DNA of 62,664 nucleotides from Gammaproteobacteria bacterium (GCA_018402195.1 JAGYIW010000005.1:1-62664); one strand, 5' to 3'; positions 19,702-30,933 are shown, counted from the first letter of the stretch. A program made the numbers and translations. Notes: generated by a model not told the origin, from the sequence alone.

Positions 19702-20733
19702 TCAATTATGATCTTGTAATTCGACATGGCCTGCTAAACCATTCGAGGGAGCCCCAGCTTCATGCACTTCACTGGCTGCCTTTTGCGCACTCTTCTCACT
19801 TTCAGTGGCACTTCCAGCTGTAGAGGTAGTCATTCCTCCAGAATCAACAAATAATCCCACCACAAAGCCCATCATGGCATGTAAGGTTTCTGTCATGATA
19901 ACAAAATCGGCATCAAATTGCTGCTCAGGGGTCTCGGCCTGAATGTCATCCACCACCTCTTTGACTGCGTCCAAAAACCGCATGCTTTTAAACGTAAAAT
20001 CATGACAAAGCACAAACGACACCTGATCGCGCCAAGTTAAAGCCATTTGATTAATTTCACACCCATCCCGAAGAAAAGATTGAATATTTTTTGACTGCAA
20101 ATCTTGGCGCCTGCAACGTATAGTACCGCCTTCCACTGAAGGGTCTATCATCACACACATGTCTTCAATAACCAAATCATCAGGTATGTAACCCCTTCGC
20201 AACCATGAAGTCATAGTGGCACTGGGTGCACTAACCTCAGGCTTAATCACTGGCAAGGAACCCAATACCTCTCGCAAGGAAGACAAAAACATCTCAGCTT
20301 TACTTGGACTAGATGCATTGACCCACAACCATTCGCCTTTGGTATCAATGATACCGTGAATGATGGTGGACTTGGTTAATGCTTTAGGCAGCAAAGCATT
20401 GTAAATTTCCTCTTTCAGACGCTGCTTTTGCTTACCTTTTGGCGCGGCGCTACCCTGCGCTAGCAGAGCATGGCAACGCTCATCCAACTGCTCTTTCACC
20501 ACTGAAGCAGGCAAAATCTTATCTTGAACTTTCAAAGCAATGATCATGTAGTGGCCTGCCGCATGTACTAGAGGTGCATCCGGGTCTCCCAACGGGGGAA
20601 ACCATCCCATGCTACTCATGGCGTATGCTGTACACTGTGTAAACAAACTTTTGGCCAAGCTTTCAGCCAATGATTCTGGCGTATACTCAAAAGGCTTGTC
20701 AAAGCGATACGGCTGAATGCTTTTAAACCACAT
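19702..20733 (-). CDS. rdgC: Recombination-associated protein RdgC (with a ~40-aa C-terminal extension)
   Basis: 343 aa. MWFKSIQPYRF N-terminus, GWFPPLGD, and overall RdgC layout. Confidence 0.88.
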   Translation of the reverse strand: MWFKSIQPYRFDKPFEYTPESLAESLAKSLFTQCTAYAMSSMGWFPPLGDPDAPLVHAAGHYMIIALKVQDKILPASVVKEQLDERCHALLAQGSAAPKGKQKQRLKEEIYNALLPKALTKSTIIHGIIDTKGEWLWVNASSPSKAEMFLSSLREVLGSLPVIKPEVSAPSATMTSWLRRGYIPDDLVIEDMCVMIDPSVEGGTIRCRRQDLQSKNIQSFLRDGCEINQMALTWRDQVSFVLCHDFTFKSMRFLDAVKEVVDDIQAETPEQQFDADFVIMTETLHAMMGFVVGLFVDSGGMTTSTAGSATESEKSAQKAASEVHEAGAPSNGLAGHVELQDHN

Positions 20734-20769
20734 AAATAATCTCTCCCAGTATTATATTATTATTTCTAA

Positions 20770-21561
20770 TTAAACAGCCACTTCTGCCTTAATACGTGCG
20801 TGACTTTGATAACCCTCCAAAACAATATCCTCGTATCGATAATCAAACAAAGAATCTCTGGGTGCCAACTTGATTTGCGGCAAAGGAAAAGGCTCACGCT
20901 GCAGCTGTATTTTGACTTGATCAATATGATTTTTATAAATATGACCATCGCCAATGGAAACAACTAAATCGCCAATCTCATAGCCACATTGTGCTGCCAC
21001 CATATGAGTGAGTAATGCATAAGAAGCAATATTAAATGGTAACCCGAGGAAGGCATCTGACGATCGCAAGGTCAACATGCAGGACAATGCACCTTCACTG
21101 ACATTAAACTGATATAACATATGACATGGGTAAAACTCCATATTGGGGATGTCAGCAACATTCCAAGTGCTCACCAACAACTGGCGCGAATTCGGTTCAC
21201 ATTTTAGCCGTTCAACCACGTCGTTCAATTGATCGATAGTGCCACCATCATAGCTGGGCCACCTACGCCACTGAGCACCATAAATTTGCCCGAGGTCACC
21301 ATTTTCATCAGCCCATTCATCCCAAATGGTGACACCATTGTCATTGAGATAACCAATGTTGGTATCGCCACTTAAAAACCATAGCAGCTCATGGACTACG
21401 CTTTTCCAATGCACTTTTTTGGTCGTCACTAAAGGAAAACCTCTGCGCAAATTAAAGCGCATTTGATAGCCAAAAATGCTAATAACTCCCATACCAGTAC
21501 GGTCATCTTTCTCTTGACCATGGTCCAAGACATATTGCAAATAATCTAAATATGTTCTCAT
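20770..21561 (-). CDS. thyA: Thymidylate synthase
   Basis: Start set at [15 protein letters not shown] (Met36 of ORF 20770..21666). Motifs DRTGMG, FPLVTTKK, IWDEWADENGDLG, active-site PCH, and LGLPFNIASYALL. Confidence 0.95.
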   Translation of the reverse strand: MRTYLDYLQYVLDHGQEKDDRTGMGVISIFGYQMRFNLRRGFPLVTTKKVHWKSVVHELLWFLSGDTNIGYLNDNGVTIWDEWADENGDLGQIYGAQWRRWPSYDGGTIDQLNDVVERLKCEPNSRQLLVSTWNVADIPNMEFYPCHMLYQFNVSEGALSCMLTLRSSDAFLGLPFNIASYALLTHMVAAQCGYEIGDLVVSIGDGHIYKNHIDQVKIQLQREPFPLPQIKLAPRDSLFDYRYEDIVLEGYQSHARIKAEVAV

Positions 21562-21899
21562 AAAGCCAATGCCTTTGGCCCAATCGTCATGACAACTGCC
21601 AGCATAAACCAAACCCCAAACACCAAATTGCTTGAATGAAGCATGTGTCTGCGATTCACCAACCAATACCCTGCTAATAACACTGATGAATAAAGACCTG
21701 TAGTGATAATCAGTACCAAAGCAATGGCAATGTTGTGAACAATTTCACTGCCCCCCATCCAGGCGACAAATTGCCCTTGGATATGATAAGGGATACTTTC
21801 CAAAAAAATCAGAAAGATACGAAACACTTCATGAAAATATACCAAAACAAAACTCAAACCACACAAAGCTGAAATCCTTTTGATATTATATAGATCCAT
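21558..21899 (-). CDS. Small hypothetical membrane protein between lgt and thyA
   Basis: 113 aa with about 3 hydrophobic segments. It fills the lgt-thyA gap exactly: it overlaps the lgt stop by 14 nt, and its TGA overlaps the thyA ATG (ATGA coupling). No family recognised. Confidence 0.45.
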   Translation of the reverse strand: MDLYNIKRISALCGLSFVLVYFHEVFRIFLIFLESIPYHIQGQFVAWMGGSEIVHNIAIALVLIITTGLYSSVLLAGYWLVNRRHMLHSSNLVFGVWFMLAVVMTIGPKALAL

Positions 21900-22668
21900 C
21901 TCTCTTCTCCGCTGTCATGAATAAATAAACGCCCACAAACACCATAGGGACTGATAACCACTGGCCCATGGTTAGTCCAGCCCATAAAAAGCCCAACTGC
22001 ACATCTGGCTCTCTAAAGTATTCCACAAAAATTCTTGCGGCACCATAGCCAATAAGAAACAAAGCTGACACTTTGGTTTTTGCTCTGGGTTTGCTGGAGA
22101 ACCACCAAAGCAATACAAACAATACCATGCCTTCTAGCAACATCTCGTAAAGCTGAGATGGGTGCCTGGGTAAGTGATCAACATGGGGGAATACCATACC
22201 CCACGGCATTTCCGTTGGGCGCCCCCATAATTCGCCATTGATAAAGTTACCCAACCGCCCTGCGCCCAGACCAATAGGCACAAATGGTGTGATAAAATCC
22301 ATGATGGCAAACCAAGTTAACTTATGCTGCCGGGCAAAATACCCGCCCCCCAAAAAAACGCCTACACAGCCACCGTGGAAAGACATTCCACCCTGCCATA
22401 CCTTAAACAAAAGCAGTGGATCTGCGATAAAGTCTGGCCAAGCGTAAAACAACATATAGCCAATACGCCCACCCAAGACAGCTCCTAAAGCACAATAAAA
22501 AATCAGATCAGAGATGTCTTCATCGGTGATGTTATTGCCTAGTTGCGCCTTGCGGCGCAACCCCAACCACCATGCTGAAGCAAATCCTACCAAATACATC
22601 AGCCCGTACCAGCGAATCACCAGAGGCCCTATTTTAAGGGCAACAGGATCAATACTTGGATAGATCAT
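21886..22668 (-). CDS. lgt: Phosphatidylglycerol-prolipoprotein diacylglyceryl transferase
   Basis: 260 aa. [40 protein letters not shown] and HPSQLYE motifs. Confidence 0.95.
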   Translation of the reverse strand: MIYPSIDPVALKIGPLVIRWYGLMYLVGFASAWWLGLRRKAQLGNNITDEDISDLIFYCALGAVLGGRIGYMLFYAWPDFIADPLLLFKVWQGGMSFHGGCVGVFLGGGYFARQHKLTWFAIMDFITPFVPIGLGAGRLGNFINGELWGRPTEMPWGMVFPHVDHLPRHPSQLYEMLLEGMVLFVLLWWFSSKPRAKTKVSALFLIGYGAARIFVEYFREPDVQLGFLWAGLTMGQWLSVPMVFVGVYLFMTAEKRDGSI

Positions 22669-22685
22669 ATGGGGTATCTCCGAAG

Positions 22686-23489
22686 TTATGAGACCAGCAT
22701 ATCAAGACCAGCCACAAAGATAAAGCCCGCCAAAAAACGCCTGAGCCAAAACACTGGCATATGCTGCGCCCAACGTACACCATAGCGTACAGAACAAGTA
22801 CTGAATAAAACAATACCGAAAAAAGCAGGCAAATAAATATAACCCAAAGTATAAGATGGAAGATTGACGTGATGAAAAGTGAATATCACCATAAAGATAA
22901 CCACCCCGGTGATAGCAATGGTGGCGCTAGTGGCTGAAGATACAGCAATGGCACGTCGAGCTGGTACGTTGCAGTAAAGTAAAAAAGGCGTGGTCATGAA
23001 ACCACCCCCCAAGCCAAATAGCCCAGATTTCAGCCCCACCAAAAAGAACACCGATGAAACACCCAACGAACCAGGCAGTTCTCGATATGGCTCAGGATTA
23101 AAACCAATAAACATTACCGCGGACACGCCAAGCAAAAATATGCCCAACAAAATTCTCAACAAGCTTGGATGCAAATAAATGCCTAGCACCACTCCCAGCA
23201 TCACACCTAAAATAAGCCCGAAAAATATGCGCACATAAACATCCCAAACTTCATGACCATACTGCATATGGCACCGAAGAGAAAACAAACTGGTGCAGGC
23301 AATCACCGCCAAAGAAGTTGCAGCAATCATAGGCAGTAACTCACTACCACCAACGCCCTGTGCGTGCAGAAATAGAGACAATAGAGGCACCATGATGACA
23401 CCGCCGCCAATGCCTAACATGCCTGACACTACGCCAACACACAGACCGATCATGCCATAACCTAAAAACAGCACCATGAATGACTCCAT
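22686..23489 (-). CDS. TauE/SafE (DUF81) family anion exporter membrane protein
   Basis: 267 aa, polytopic. Repeated G(I/L)GGG..(M)(V/T)P.L motifs in both halves. Confidence 0.8.
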   Translation of the reverse strand: MESFMVLFLGYGMIGLCVGVVSGMLGIGGGVIMVPLLSLFLHAQGVGGSELLPMIAATSLAVIACTSLFSLRCHMQYGHEVWDVYVRIFFGLILGVMLGVVLGIYLHPSLLRILLGIFLLGVSAVMFIGFNPEPYRELPGSLGVSSVFFLVGLKSGLFGLGGGFMTTPFLLYCNVPARRAIAVSSATSATIAITGVVIFMVIFTFHHVNLPSYTLGYIYLPAFFGIVLFSTCSVRYGVRWAQHMPVFWLRRFLAGFIFVAGLDMLVS

Positions 23490-23531
23490 TGGCTTTCCCC
23501 CTTTAACCTCAGAGGCACATAATCATGACCT

Positions 23532-24083
23532 CTAAACAACCTCTCGACACTGTTGAATAATGGGCTCAAATTCTTTGAGCACTTCGCGATAAACATGTTG
23601 CTTAAACTCAACTACGCGCTTTACTGGCTCCCAACAGTCCACCCATTGCCAGTTGTCAAATTCCGGCGATTTATGTTTATCTAACTTGATATTGGTATCA
23701 TTGCTGAGCAAGCGCAGCAAAAACCACTTTTGCTTTTGACCAATGCACAGTGGATAACTGTGATGGCGGATGTATTGCTTGGGTAGGCGATAATAAATCC
23801 AATGTCGAACTCGAGCAGTGATTTCAACATCCTGACTGGACAGCCCCACCTCCTCGTCTAATTCTCGAAAAAGTGCTTTTTCCAGAGGTTCTTTTGGCAA
23901 AATCCCCCCTTGAGGAAACTGCCAAGAGTCATCTTGACCAATGCGTTTTCCCAAAAAAACCTGGCCTTTTTGATTGGCAATAACAATGCCTACATTAGCC
24001 CTGAAACCATCTTTATCAATGACACTAAGCTTGCGTTTTCGCCACAAAACTTTATCCTTTTTGCTCCACCTTAGTTGGTGCAT
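23532..24083 (-). CDS. rppH: RNA pyrophosphohydrolase (Nudix)
   Basis: DGFRANVGIVIAN, WQFPQGG, Nudix box REL.EEVGL, and CIGQKQKWFLL. It carries a ~20-aa N-terminal extension relative to E. coli RppH, so the start is uncertain. Confidence 0.9.
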   Translation of the reverse strand: MHQLRWSKKDKVLWRKRKLSVIDKDGFRANVGIVIANQKGQVFLGKRIGQDDSWQFPQGGILPKEPLEKALFRELDEEVGLSSQDVEITARVRHWIYYRLPKQYIRHHSYPLCIGQKQKWFLLRLLSNDTNIKLDKHKSPEFDNWQWVDCWEPVKRVVEFKQHVYREVLKEFEPIIQQCREVV

Positions 24084-24129
24084 ACCGTATCACATAGTAG
24101 ACAAAATATCCATGGACTCACTCCCAAAC

Positions 24130-24208
24130 CAGCAATTCTCGGTGAAGCTACTCTGCCCAAATATTCTGTGCAATAACGGCCGAATTTATTGATCCAAAGT
24201 TGGTCATC
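24130..24208 (+). mobile_element. MITE-family solo end, copy E
   Basis: The TIR CAGCAATTCTCGGTGAAGCTACTCTGCCCAAATATTCTGTGCAATAACGGC plus 28 bp matches the reverse complement of 5440-5517. It abuts the truncated pyrB remnant. Confidence 0.8.
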
Positions 24209-24211
24209 TTG

Positions 24212-24790
24212 CCATTTTACCTTTATCGTTGCCGACTGAACGAATTTGGTCTAAAATCCGTGATTGTGGCCCATAGACAGGCGAGGGCTCGATTTCAACA
24301 CCTTGATTTACCGGACCAGGATTTAAAACAATCGCTGAGGGCTTGGCCAAGGCCAAAGTTTCTGCCGTTAAGCAGTAATGTTAGCTGTAGTCGTTTAAGG
24401 ATATTTTTAGTGCTTCTTGCATGTGTTCTTTCTGCATTCGCAGCATCAGTACCACATCGACCTCTTTAAGCCCAGAAGCCAGATCAGTGTGATGAGTGAA
24501 TGAAGTATGATTGTTGCGATTGTCAGGCAGTAATTTTTTCGGGCAAATGAGTCGAATATCTTGACAGCCAAGTAGAGGGATTCACCCTTGAGTACAGCAG
24601 AGTCATCAATGGTGAAATTTAGGGTGCGCCCACCAAGCTGTATGGCGGTACCTTTAAAGGAATAGCAGGTGCGTGTGCTGGATTCAAAGAGTAGGTTAAT
24701 CAGAGCTTTACAGATGGTTTGAGCAGAAATTTTAATGGGACAGCCCTAGCCCAGCCCCCAAACAGAGCCTCTCCATAAAAGGGTTTATCT
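24212..24790 (-). pseudogene. pyrB: Aspartate carbamoyltransferase catalytic chain remnant
   Basis: The minus-strand translation gives KALINLLFESSTRTCYSFKGTAIQLGG...SAVLKGESL, then VDVVVLMLRMQKEH, then [23 protein letters not shown]. The STRT and (H)PGP..(R)GVEI motifs are degenerate, with stops and an internal deletion. The 3' end is cut by MITE copy E. Confidence 0.65.
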
Positions 24791-24887
24791 CTAGTTTCAG
24801 CCCATAAAGGAGACAATATCATGAAAAAACAACGACAAAAAATGGACAAAAAAAATCCTCTAGGAAAGACTTGCATTTTTCCAGCCA

Positions 24888-24903
24888 ACACACTATCTTG
24901 TGT
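24888..24903 (+). promoter_or_regulatory. NrdR box 1 (putative)
   Basis: ACACACTATCTTGTGT, a 16-bp palindrome of the ACAC-N8-GTGT type, about 100 bp upstream of the nrdA ATG. Confidence 0.55.
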
Positions 24904-24919
24904 TAAAGGCGCCTGAATT

Positions 24920-24935
24920 ACACCACATATTGGGT
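24920..24935 (+). promoter_or_regulatory. NrdR box 2 (putative)
   Basis: ACACCACATATTGGGT. It starts 32 bp after box 1, which is the tandem spacing known for NrdR operators. Confidence 0.5.
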
Positions 24936-25004
24936 ATAACCTTAATTAGGCTCGTATAACACGCGGCAAGGATTGGCGCAAAAACACAGGATAAGGAGAG
25001 GACC

Positions 25005-27809
25005 ATGACTGCAATAGCACAAGAGACCTTGACAGAAACAAAACCTGAACTAAACACGCCCATCCCAGGAACCTTACAAGTGATCCGTCGCAATGGCACC
25101 ATCACGCCTTTCGACACAGATAAAATCACAGTTGCTATCACCAAGGCATTCCTTGCTATCGAAGTTGAATCCAACAACAGCCCTGAGTACATTCATGATG
25201 TAGCCAGCAATATCACCAAGAACGTTCAAGAAGCCCTATGGCGCCGACGTGGGGAAGGTGGATTCATCCATATTGAAACTATCCAAGACCAGGTTGAGCT
25301 AGAACTCATGCGTAGTGGGGAACATAAAGTTGCCAGAGCTTACGTTTTGTATCGTGAAGAAAGACGCAAACTAAGAGAAAAAGCGAAATCTAAGCGCTCA
25401 TCCAGCCAGAAAATCCATGTTATTACCGACTCTGGCGACAAAAAACCCATGGATTTTGATGCTATTGCTGACTTGGTCCATGCAGCTTGCCACAACTACC
25501 CTGCAACCAAAGCCGAAGTGATTCTTACTGAGCTGGAGCGCAATATCTTTGATGGTGTCAAGGAAAAAGATCTGCGGCAAGCTCTGATCATGAGCTCCCG
25601 TATTTTGATTGAGCGTGAACCTGAGTACACCTATGTGACATCACAGCTTTTGCTGCAAACCATTTACAAAGAAGTTCTCCACTACTATGGTTTCAACAAG
25701 AAAGGTCTCGCAGATAAAATTGAAAAAACCTACACACAAGTATTCAAAAGCTATATTGAAAAAGGTATTGCCTTGGGTATGCTTAACCCTGAGTTGGCCA
25801 CGTTTGATCTTGACAAACTGGCCAAAGCCTTGGTTCCCAGCAGAGATAAAAGCTTCACTTATCTTGGGTTGCAGACTTTGTACGACCGTTACTTCTTACA
25901 TGACAAGAATACCCGCTATGAGCTGCCACAATTATTCTTTATGCGCGTAGCCATGGGCTTGGCCCTGGGGGAATCGAGCAACCACGAGCAACATGCTATT
26001 GATTTCTACAACCTCATGTCAAGCATGGACTACATGGCTTCAACACCGACGCTATTTAATGCCGGAACGCAGCACCCACAATTATCGAGCTGTTTCTTAA
26101 CCACTATTCCAGATGATCTTGAGGGCATTTACAACTGCATTCGTGACAATGCCCTGCTTTCCAAATTCGCCGGCGGCATTGGCAACGACTGGACGCCTGT
26201 GCGTGCTATGGGCTCGAACATCAAAGGCACCAATGGTAAGTCTTTGGGTGTGGTGCCGTTCATGAATGTGGCCGACGCTACCGCCATTGCAGTCAATCAA
26301 GGTGGCAAACGTAAAGGTGCAGTGGTTGGCTACTTATCCACATGGCACATGGATATTGAAGAGTTTTTAGAACTGCGTAAAAACACAGGTGATGATCGCA
26401 GACGTACCCATGATATGAATACTGCCAACTGGGTGCCTGATTTGTTCATGATTCGTGTTTTTGAAGATGCTGACTGGACACTGTTTTCACCCGATGAAGT
26501 GCCTGGACTTCATGATGCCTATGGCAAAAATTTCAAAGAGAAATATGAGTACTATGAGTCTCAGGCTCGCCAAGGCACTATCAAAAGTCGAACTGTACGT
26601 GCAGTTTCTCTGTGGCGCAAGATGCTAGGCATGTTGTTTGAAACGGGCCACCCATGGATGACATTCAAAGATCCATGTAATCTTAGATCTCCCCAACAAC
26701 ATGTAGGGGTGATTCATAGCTCTAATCTCTGTACTGAAATCACCTTGAATACCAGTGCTGAAGAGGTAGCCGTGTGCAACTTGGGTAGTATCAACATGGT
26801 TCACCACGTCACCAAGGATGGCCTGGACATAGAAAAACTTAAGAAGACTATTAAAATTGCTATGCGCATGCTTGATAATGTCATTGACATCAATCATTAC
26901 ACCATCCCCCAAGCACGCAACTCTAACCTTAAACATCGACCTGTGGGCATGGGCATCATGGGATTCCAAGATGCACTATACAAACAGCATATTCCTTATA
27001 GTTCTGAAGAAGCTGTGTCTTTTGCTGACATGAGTATGGAGGTTATTGCATACCATGCTATCCAAGCTTCTTCTGAACTTGCTGTGGAGCGTGGTAGCTA
27101 TGAGACATTTAATGGTTCGCTTTGGAGTAAAGGCATTTTGCCTATCGACTCTATCGAGCTTCTGCAAGCTACCAGAGGGACTTACCTTGAACAAAACCGT
27201 GGACAAACGCTTGACTGGGATGCACTTAGAGAACAAGTAAAAAGCAATGGCATGCGCAACTCGAACGTCATGGCCATTGCCCCTACCGCCACCATTTCCA
27301 ATATTTGTGGTGTTTCGCAATCTATTGAGCCAACTTATCAAAATCTCTTCGTCAAATCTAATATGTCTGGCGAGTTTACTGTGGTTAACCAATACTTGGT
27401 CAATGATCTACGGGCTCATGACCTTTGGGACGATGCCATGCTTAATGACTTAAAGTATTACGATGGCAGCATTCAGAAAATCAACCGTATCCCCAGCGAT
27501 ATCAAGAATCTTTATGCTACTGCCTTTGAAATTGAGCCCAAGTGGCTGGTTGAATCAGCTTCTAGACGACAAAAATGGCTGGATCAAGCACAATCCCTCA
27601 ACCTGTATATGGCTGATCCTTCAGGCAAAAAACTTGATATTCTCTACCGCATGGCTTGGCTGAAGGGCCTGAAAACCACCTACTACTTGCGTAGTATGGG
27701 GGCCACCAATGCAGAAAAATCTACTATTCACGACCAGGCATTGAATGCTGTTGCCAACGCCCCGAAGGCTTGCGCCATTGATGACCCTGATTGCGAAGCT
27801 TGTCAATAA
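25005..27809 (+). CDS. nrdA: Ribonucleoside-diphosphate reductase alpha subunit (class Ia)
   Basis: 934 aa. N-terminal ATP-cone ([16 protein letters not shown]), catalytic region SSNLCTEI, and a C-terminal Cys pair (DPDCEACQ). Confidence 0.97.
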   Translation: MTAIAQETLTETKPELNTPIPGTLQVIRRNGTITPFDTDKITVAITKAFLAIEVESNNSPEYIHDVASNITKNVQEALWRRRGEGGFIHIETIQDQVELELMRSGEHKVARAYVLYREERRKLREKAKSKRSSSQKIHVITDSGDKKPMDFDAIADLVHAACHNYPATKAEVILTELERNIFDGVKEKDLRQALIMSSRILIEREPEYTYVTSQLLLQTIYKEVLHYYGFNKKGLADKIEKTYTQVFKSYIEKGIALGMLNPELATFDLDKLAKALVPSRDKSFTYLGLQTLYDRYFLHDKNTRYELPQLFFMRVAMGLALGESSNHEQHAIDFYNLMSSMDYMASTPTLFNAGTQHPQLSSCFLTTIPDDLEGIYNCIRDNALLSKFAGGIGNDWTPVRAMGSNIKGTNGKSLGVVPFMNVADATAIAVNQGGKRKGAVVGYLSTWHMDIEEFLELRKNTGDDRRRTHDMNTANWVPDLFMIRVFEDADWTLFSPDEVPGLHDAYGKNFKEKYEYYESQARQGTIKSRTVRAVSLWRKMLGMLFETGHPWMTFKDPCNLRSPQQHVGVIHSSNLCTEITLNTSAEEVAVCNLGSINMVHHVTKDGLDIEKLKKTIKIAMRMLDNVIDINHYTIPQARNSNLKHRPVGMGIMGFQDALYKQHIPYSSEEAVSFADMSMEVIAYHAIQASSELAVERGSYETFNGSLWSKGILPIDSIELLQATRGTYLEQNRGQTLDWDALREQVKSNGMRNSNVMAIAPTATISNICGVSQSIEPTYQNLFVKSNMSGEFTVVNQYLVNDLRAHDLWDDAMLNDLKYYDGSIQKINRIPSDIKNLYATAFEIEPKWLVESASRRQKWLDQAQSLNLYMADPSGKKLDILYRMAWLKGLKTTYYLRSMGATNAEKSTIHDQALNAVANAPKACAIDDPDCEACQ

Positions 27810-27834
27810 ACAGTTCGGAACGGAGAAAAACACT

Positions 27835-29283
27835 ATGACATCATTACTAAGCTGGGATGACTACGGAGATGAAGCTGCTATGAAACCTAAGTCTTTGGGC
27901 AGCCAACTGCAACAACAAGAAGCAGCATCAGTGGAGCATAAGCCACTCGCCGATTTACCTGATAACTTGGACTTATTTTCCTCTAATACCACGGTTAATG
28001 GTACGCCTGCCGCTACTGCAAAGGTAACAGTTTCTACCACCCAAGCAGCTACCCCAGAAACCACCAATACTACCGTTAACACTGCTGAGACTGGGCGCGC
28101 GATTTCTACACAAACACCTGAATTAAGCCCTGCCACTACCGATGAAAGCATGGCTTCTGAAGCTGTCGTGAAAGAAGAAGCAAAAATTATGGCGGGTCAT
28201 GAAGAAGCAGGCAAATCTGATAGCCAAGTTTATGGTGCAGTTTTACCAAACATGGGTAACCAACGTATCACGATAGAAAAAAAGAAAATCATCAACTGCC
28301 AAGATTGCGATTTAAATCAACTGGTACCGTTCAAGTATACGTGGGCTTGGGATAAATATCTGGCTGGTTGTGCCAACCACTGGATGCCACAAGAAGTCAA
28401 CATGACTGCCGATATTGCACTGTGGAAAGACCCAAATGGTTTGACGGCGGATGAGCGCATGATCATCATGCGCAACTTGGGTTTCTTCTCTACGGCGGAT
28501 TCTTTGGTTGCTAACAACTTGGTATTGGCTATTTATCGTCACATTACCAACCCTGAGTGCCGTCAGTATTTACTTAGACAAGCATTTGAAGAGGCTTTAC
28601 ATACCCATGCTTATCAATACGTGATTGAGAGCTTGGGCATGGATGAGGGTGAGCTTTTTAACATGTATCGAGAAATCCCTTGTATTGCTACCAAGGCTCA
28701 GTTTGCTTTGCCTTACACACAAAGCTTGGCTGACCCACACTTTAAAACAGGCACGCCTGAGAATGACCAGCGGTTGCTACGTGATTTGATCGCCTTTTAT
28801 GTGGTATTTGAAGGCATTTTCTTCTACGTGGGCTTCACCCAGGTGTTATCTATGGGGCGACGCAACAAGATGGTGGGAACCTCTGAGCAGTTCCAGTACA
28901 TCTTGCGTGATGAATCTATGCACTTGAACTTTGGTATCGATGTTATCAATCAAATCAAACTTGAAAATCCTCACCTTTGGACTGAAAGCTTCCAGCAAGA
29001 CATGATTGATCTCATCAAAAAAGGTGTAGAACTTGAAATCCAATACGCCTGCGACACTATGCCTAGGGGCGTACTGGGCATGAATGCTAAAATATTCGAG
29101 GGCTATTTGCAATTTATTGCCAATCGTCGCTGTGTTCAGATTGGCCTGCATGAACAGTATCCTGGGGCTGAAAATCCCTTCCCATGGATAAGCGAGATGA
29201 TGGACTTGAAGAAAGAAAAAAACTTCTTTGAAACTCGTGTCACCGAATACCAAACAGGTGGCACCCTGAACTGGGACAATTAA
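27835..29283 (+). CDS. nrdB: Ribonucleoside-diphosphate reductase beta subunit with a long low-complexity N-terminal insert
   Basis: Start at [10 protein letters not shown] (GGAG RBS 9 nt upstream). Di-iron/ferritin-like motifs EEALHTHAY and RDESMHL. The core starts about [15 protein letters not shown]. About 100 residues of T/A/E-rich sequence precede the core. Confidence 0.93.
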   Translation: MTSLLSWDDYGDEAAMKPKSLGSQLQQQEAASVEHKPLADLPDNLDLFSSNTTVNGTPAATAKVTVSTTQAATPETTNTTVNTAETGRAISTQTPELSPATTDESMASEAVVKEEAKIMAGHEEAGKSDSQVYGAVLPNMGNQRITIEKKKIINCQDCDLNQLVPFKYTWAWDKYLAGCANHWMPQEVNMTADIALWKDPNGLTADERMIIMRNLGFFSTADSLVANNLVLAIYRHITNPECRQYLLRQAFEEALHTHAYQYVIESLGMDEGELFNMYREIPCIATKAQFALPYTQSLADPHFKTGTPENDQRLLRDLIAFYVVFEGIFFYVGFTQVLSMGRRNKMVGTSEQFQYILRDESMHLNFGIDVINQIKLENPHLWTESFQQDMIDLIKKGVELEIQYACDTMPRGVLGMNAKIFEGYLQFIANRRCVQIGLHEQYPGAENPFPWISEMMDLKKEKNFFETRVTEYQTGGTLNWDN

Positions 29284-29290
29284 CCTTACC

Positions 29291-29311
29291 GCCCCCCCTC
29301 ATGGGGGGGGC
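29291..29311. other. C7/G8 homopolymer hairpin between the convergent nrdB and the 526-aa gene
   Basis: GCCCCCCC-tcatg-GGGGGGGC. There is no U-tract on either strand, so it may be a bidirectional stem-loop or terminator. Confidence 0.35.
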
Positions 29312-29352
29312 AACTAAGTAAAACTGGTGTCGTCCTTAAATATTGCTAGCAT

Positions 29353-30933
29353 TTAGATATTTAAAAACGTGATTCTCTCTACAATGGGGCACGTATTATT
29401 TCCATCTTCGCCGTGCCTGCCAGTCTCAATACCTTTAGAGCTGGCATCATTCACAGGTTGTTGACCTGAAACTGGGGCCCAATGTTCAAAATCGGTTGCA
29501 CTTATTGGCTCCATCTCAAGAGGCTTCTTGCTTTCATAACTACTCTCAAGGTTTAATTGTTGCTTTTTCATGGTCCAAGTCACAAAACCACTTGCGGTAT
29601 TGGGGCATGCTCTTGAGCACTGAACCACCCAGGTAGCCACACCGATAAAACCAGCTACACCAATGATCCAAATAGGCGGTGTACCTGTAATAGCCAGCGC
29701 TCCTACTGTGACCAACAGCAAGAGACCGACAGCCCCGGCAAAGGCCAGCGCCCCTTTAAAAGCAGCACCAAAACACCCCACCATGCCACCAAAACTGTAT
29801 ATAATCTTTTGAAAAATTGTCATGGATTTCCATTGCAACTTGTTAGGTTCACTCAAATAGTAGCCAAAGTAGCGCAACATCTTTTCTGCATCTGACTTAT
29901 CGAGAAAATCATTGGATGGTTCTTGTTGACTACCATTTTGACAGTCTTTCTGTCGCACTTTTTCCCATTTAGGATTGTATATCCGCAGGGCCTTATATGC
30001 ATCACGTTGTATGAGAATAGGACTAACATGCTTATCGGTTAGCGCTTTTTCCATATCCATCATAGCATATTTGCCCAGATGCTCTCCCTCTGATTTAGGA
30101 TTTAAGCTTATTGTCGTACCCCAGCGGAAAAAGCGCTCGCCATAAAATCGACCCGTTGATGGTCCAATAATCAACATGGCCATCACACCAATGGCCAACA
30201 TCAACGGTACAGGCAAAGTACCAAATAATGCCATGCAAGCGAAGAATCCTAGCCCCTGTCCCAGCGCGTGAGCAACGACCATTAACCACTTGAAACCGGT
30301 AAAAGATGCATTACCCACTGTATGCATAGGCGATGCACGCTCGTGCGGCTTCGCCGTAAATAACTCCTGAGAATGCGGGATTAATACACTCGCCTCAGTA
30401 AAATACTGGGCAACACCAATAATCACCATTAACGCAATCAAAGGCAAGAATGCCACACTGCCATACGCCAGCAGCCACAATCCTGCAAATGCCATAAAAA
30501 ACTTAATAGCACCCCCAAGATGACCGTAAACATCGATGGCTAAAAAACCAGATTGTCTCGGCTGCATTTGCTGGATCTTTTCAGATTGTGGATTCTGCCA
30601 GAAGCTTTTCCACTTTTCCCGCAGTCCATCTCGCATCTTGACAAAATATGACAACATGATGCGCCAAGAATCTTGATGATACATGGAGTAGGTAATTGCA
30701 GTGATAGCAAGTCCACAGAAAATCATTGCCACCAAAGCTGTTCCCATAGGCAATGTCCCAGCAGCCACAACCCCAAAAATGACTAAGGTTTTTTCTAGAG
30801 AAAAAGCTGCCAATGTCCCCACTGCCAAAGCATTTAAGCTACGGATGGCTTGGCCTGCTCTAGATATGGGCTCAAGCGCTTGATGCCCTTGTGCAAGCTT
30901 TGGAGAAAGGAGATTGTGAAAACTATCTGTCAT
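29353..30933 (-). CDS. Hypothetical polytopic membrane protein (orphan, effector-like)
   Basis: 526 aa. Several paired hydrophobic hairpins are separated by soluble loops, and the C-terminal tail is polar and Glu-containing. No family recognised. Confidence 0.7.
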   Translation of the reverse strand: MTDSFHNLLSPKLAQGHQALEPISRAGQAIRSLNALAVGTLAAFSLEKTLVIFGVVAAGTLPMGTALVAMIFCGLAITAITYSMYHQDSWRIMLSYFVKMRDGLREKWKSFWQNPQSEKIQQMQPRQSGFLAIDVYGHLGGAIKFFMAFAGLWLLAYGSVAFLPLIALMVIIGVAQYFTEASVLIPHSQELFTAKPHERASPMHTVGNASFTGFKWLMVVAHALGQGLGFFACMALFGTLPVPLMLAIGVMAMLIIGPSTGRFYGERFFRWGTTISLNPKSEGEHLGKYAMMDMEKALTDKHVSPILIQRDAYKALRIYNPKWEKVRQKDCQNGSQQEPSNDFLDKSDAEKMLRYFGYYLSEPNKLQWKSMTIFQKIIYSFGGMVGCFGAAFKGALAFAGAVGLLLLVTVGALAITGTPPIWIIGVAGFIGVATWVVQCSRACPNTASGFVTWTMKKQQLNLESSYESKKPLEMEPISATDFEHWAPVSGQQPVNDASSKGIETGRHGEDGNNTCPIVERITFLNI

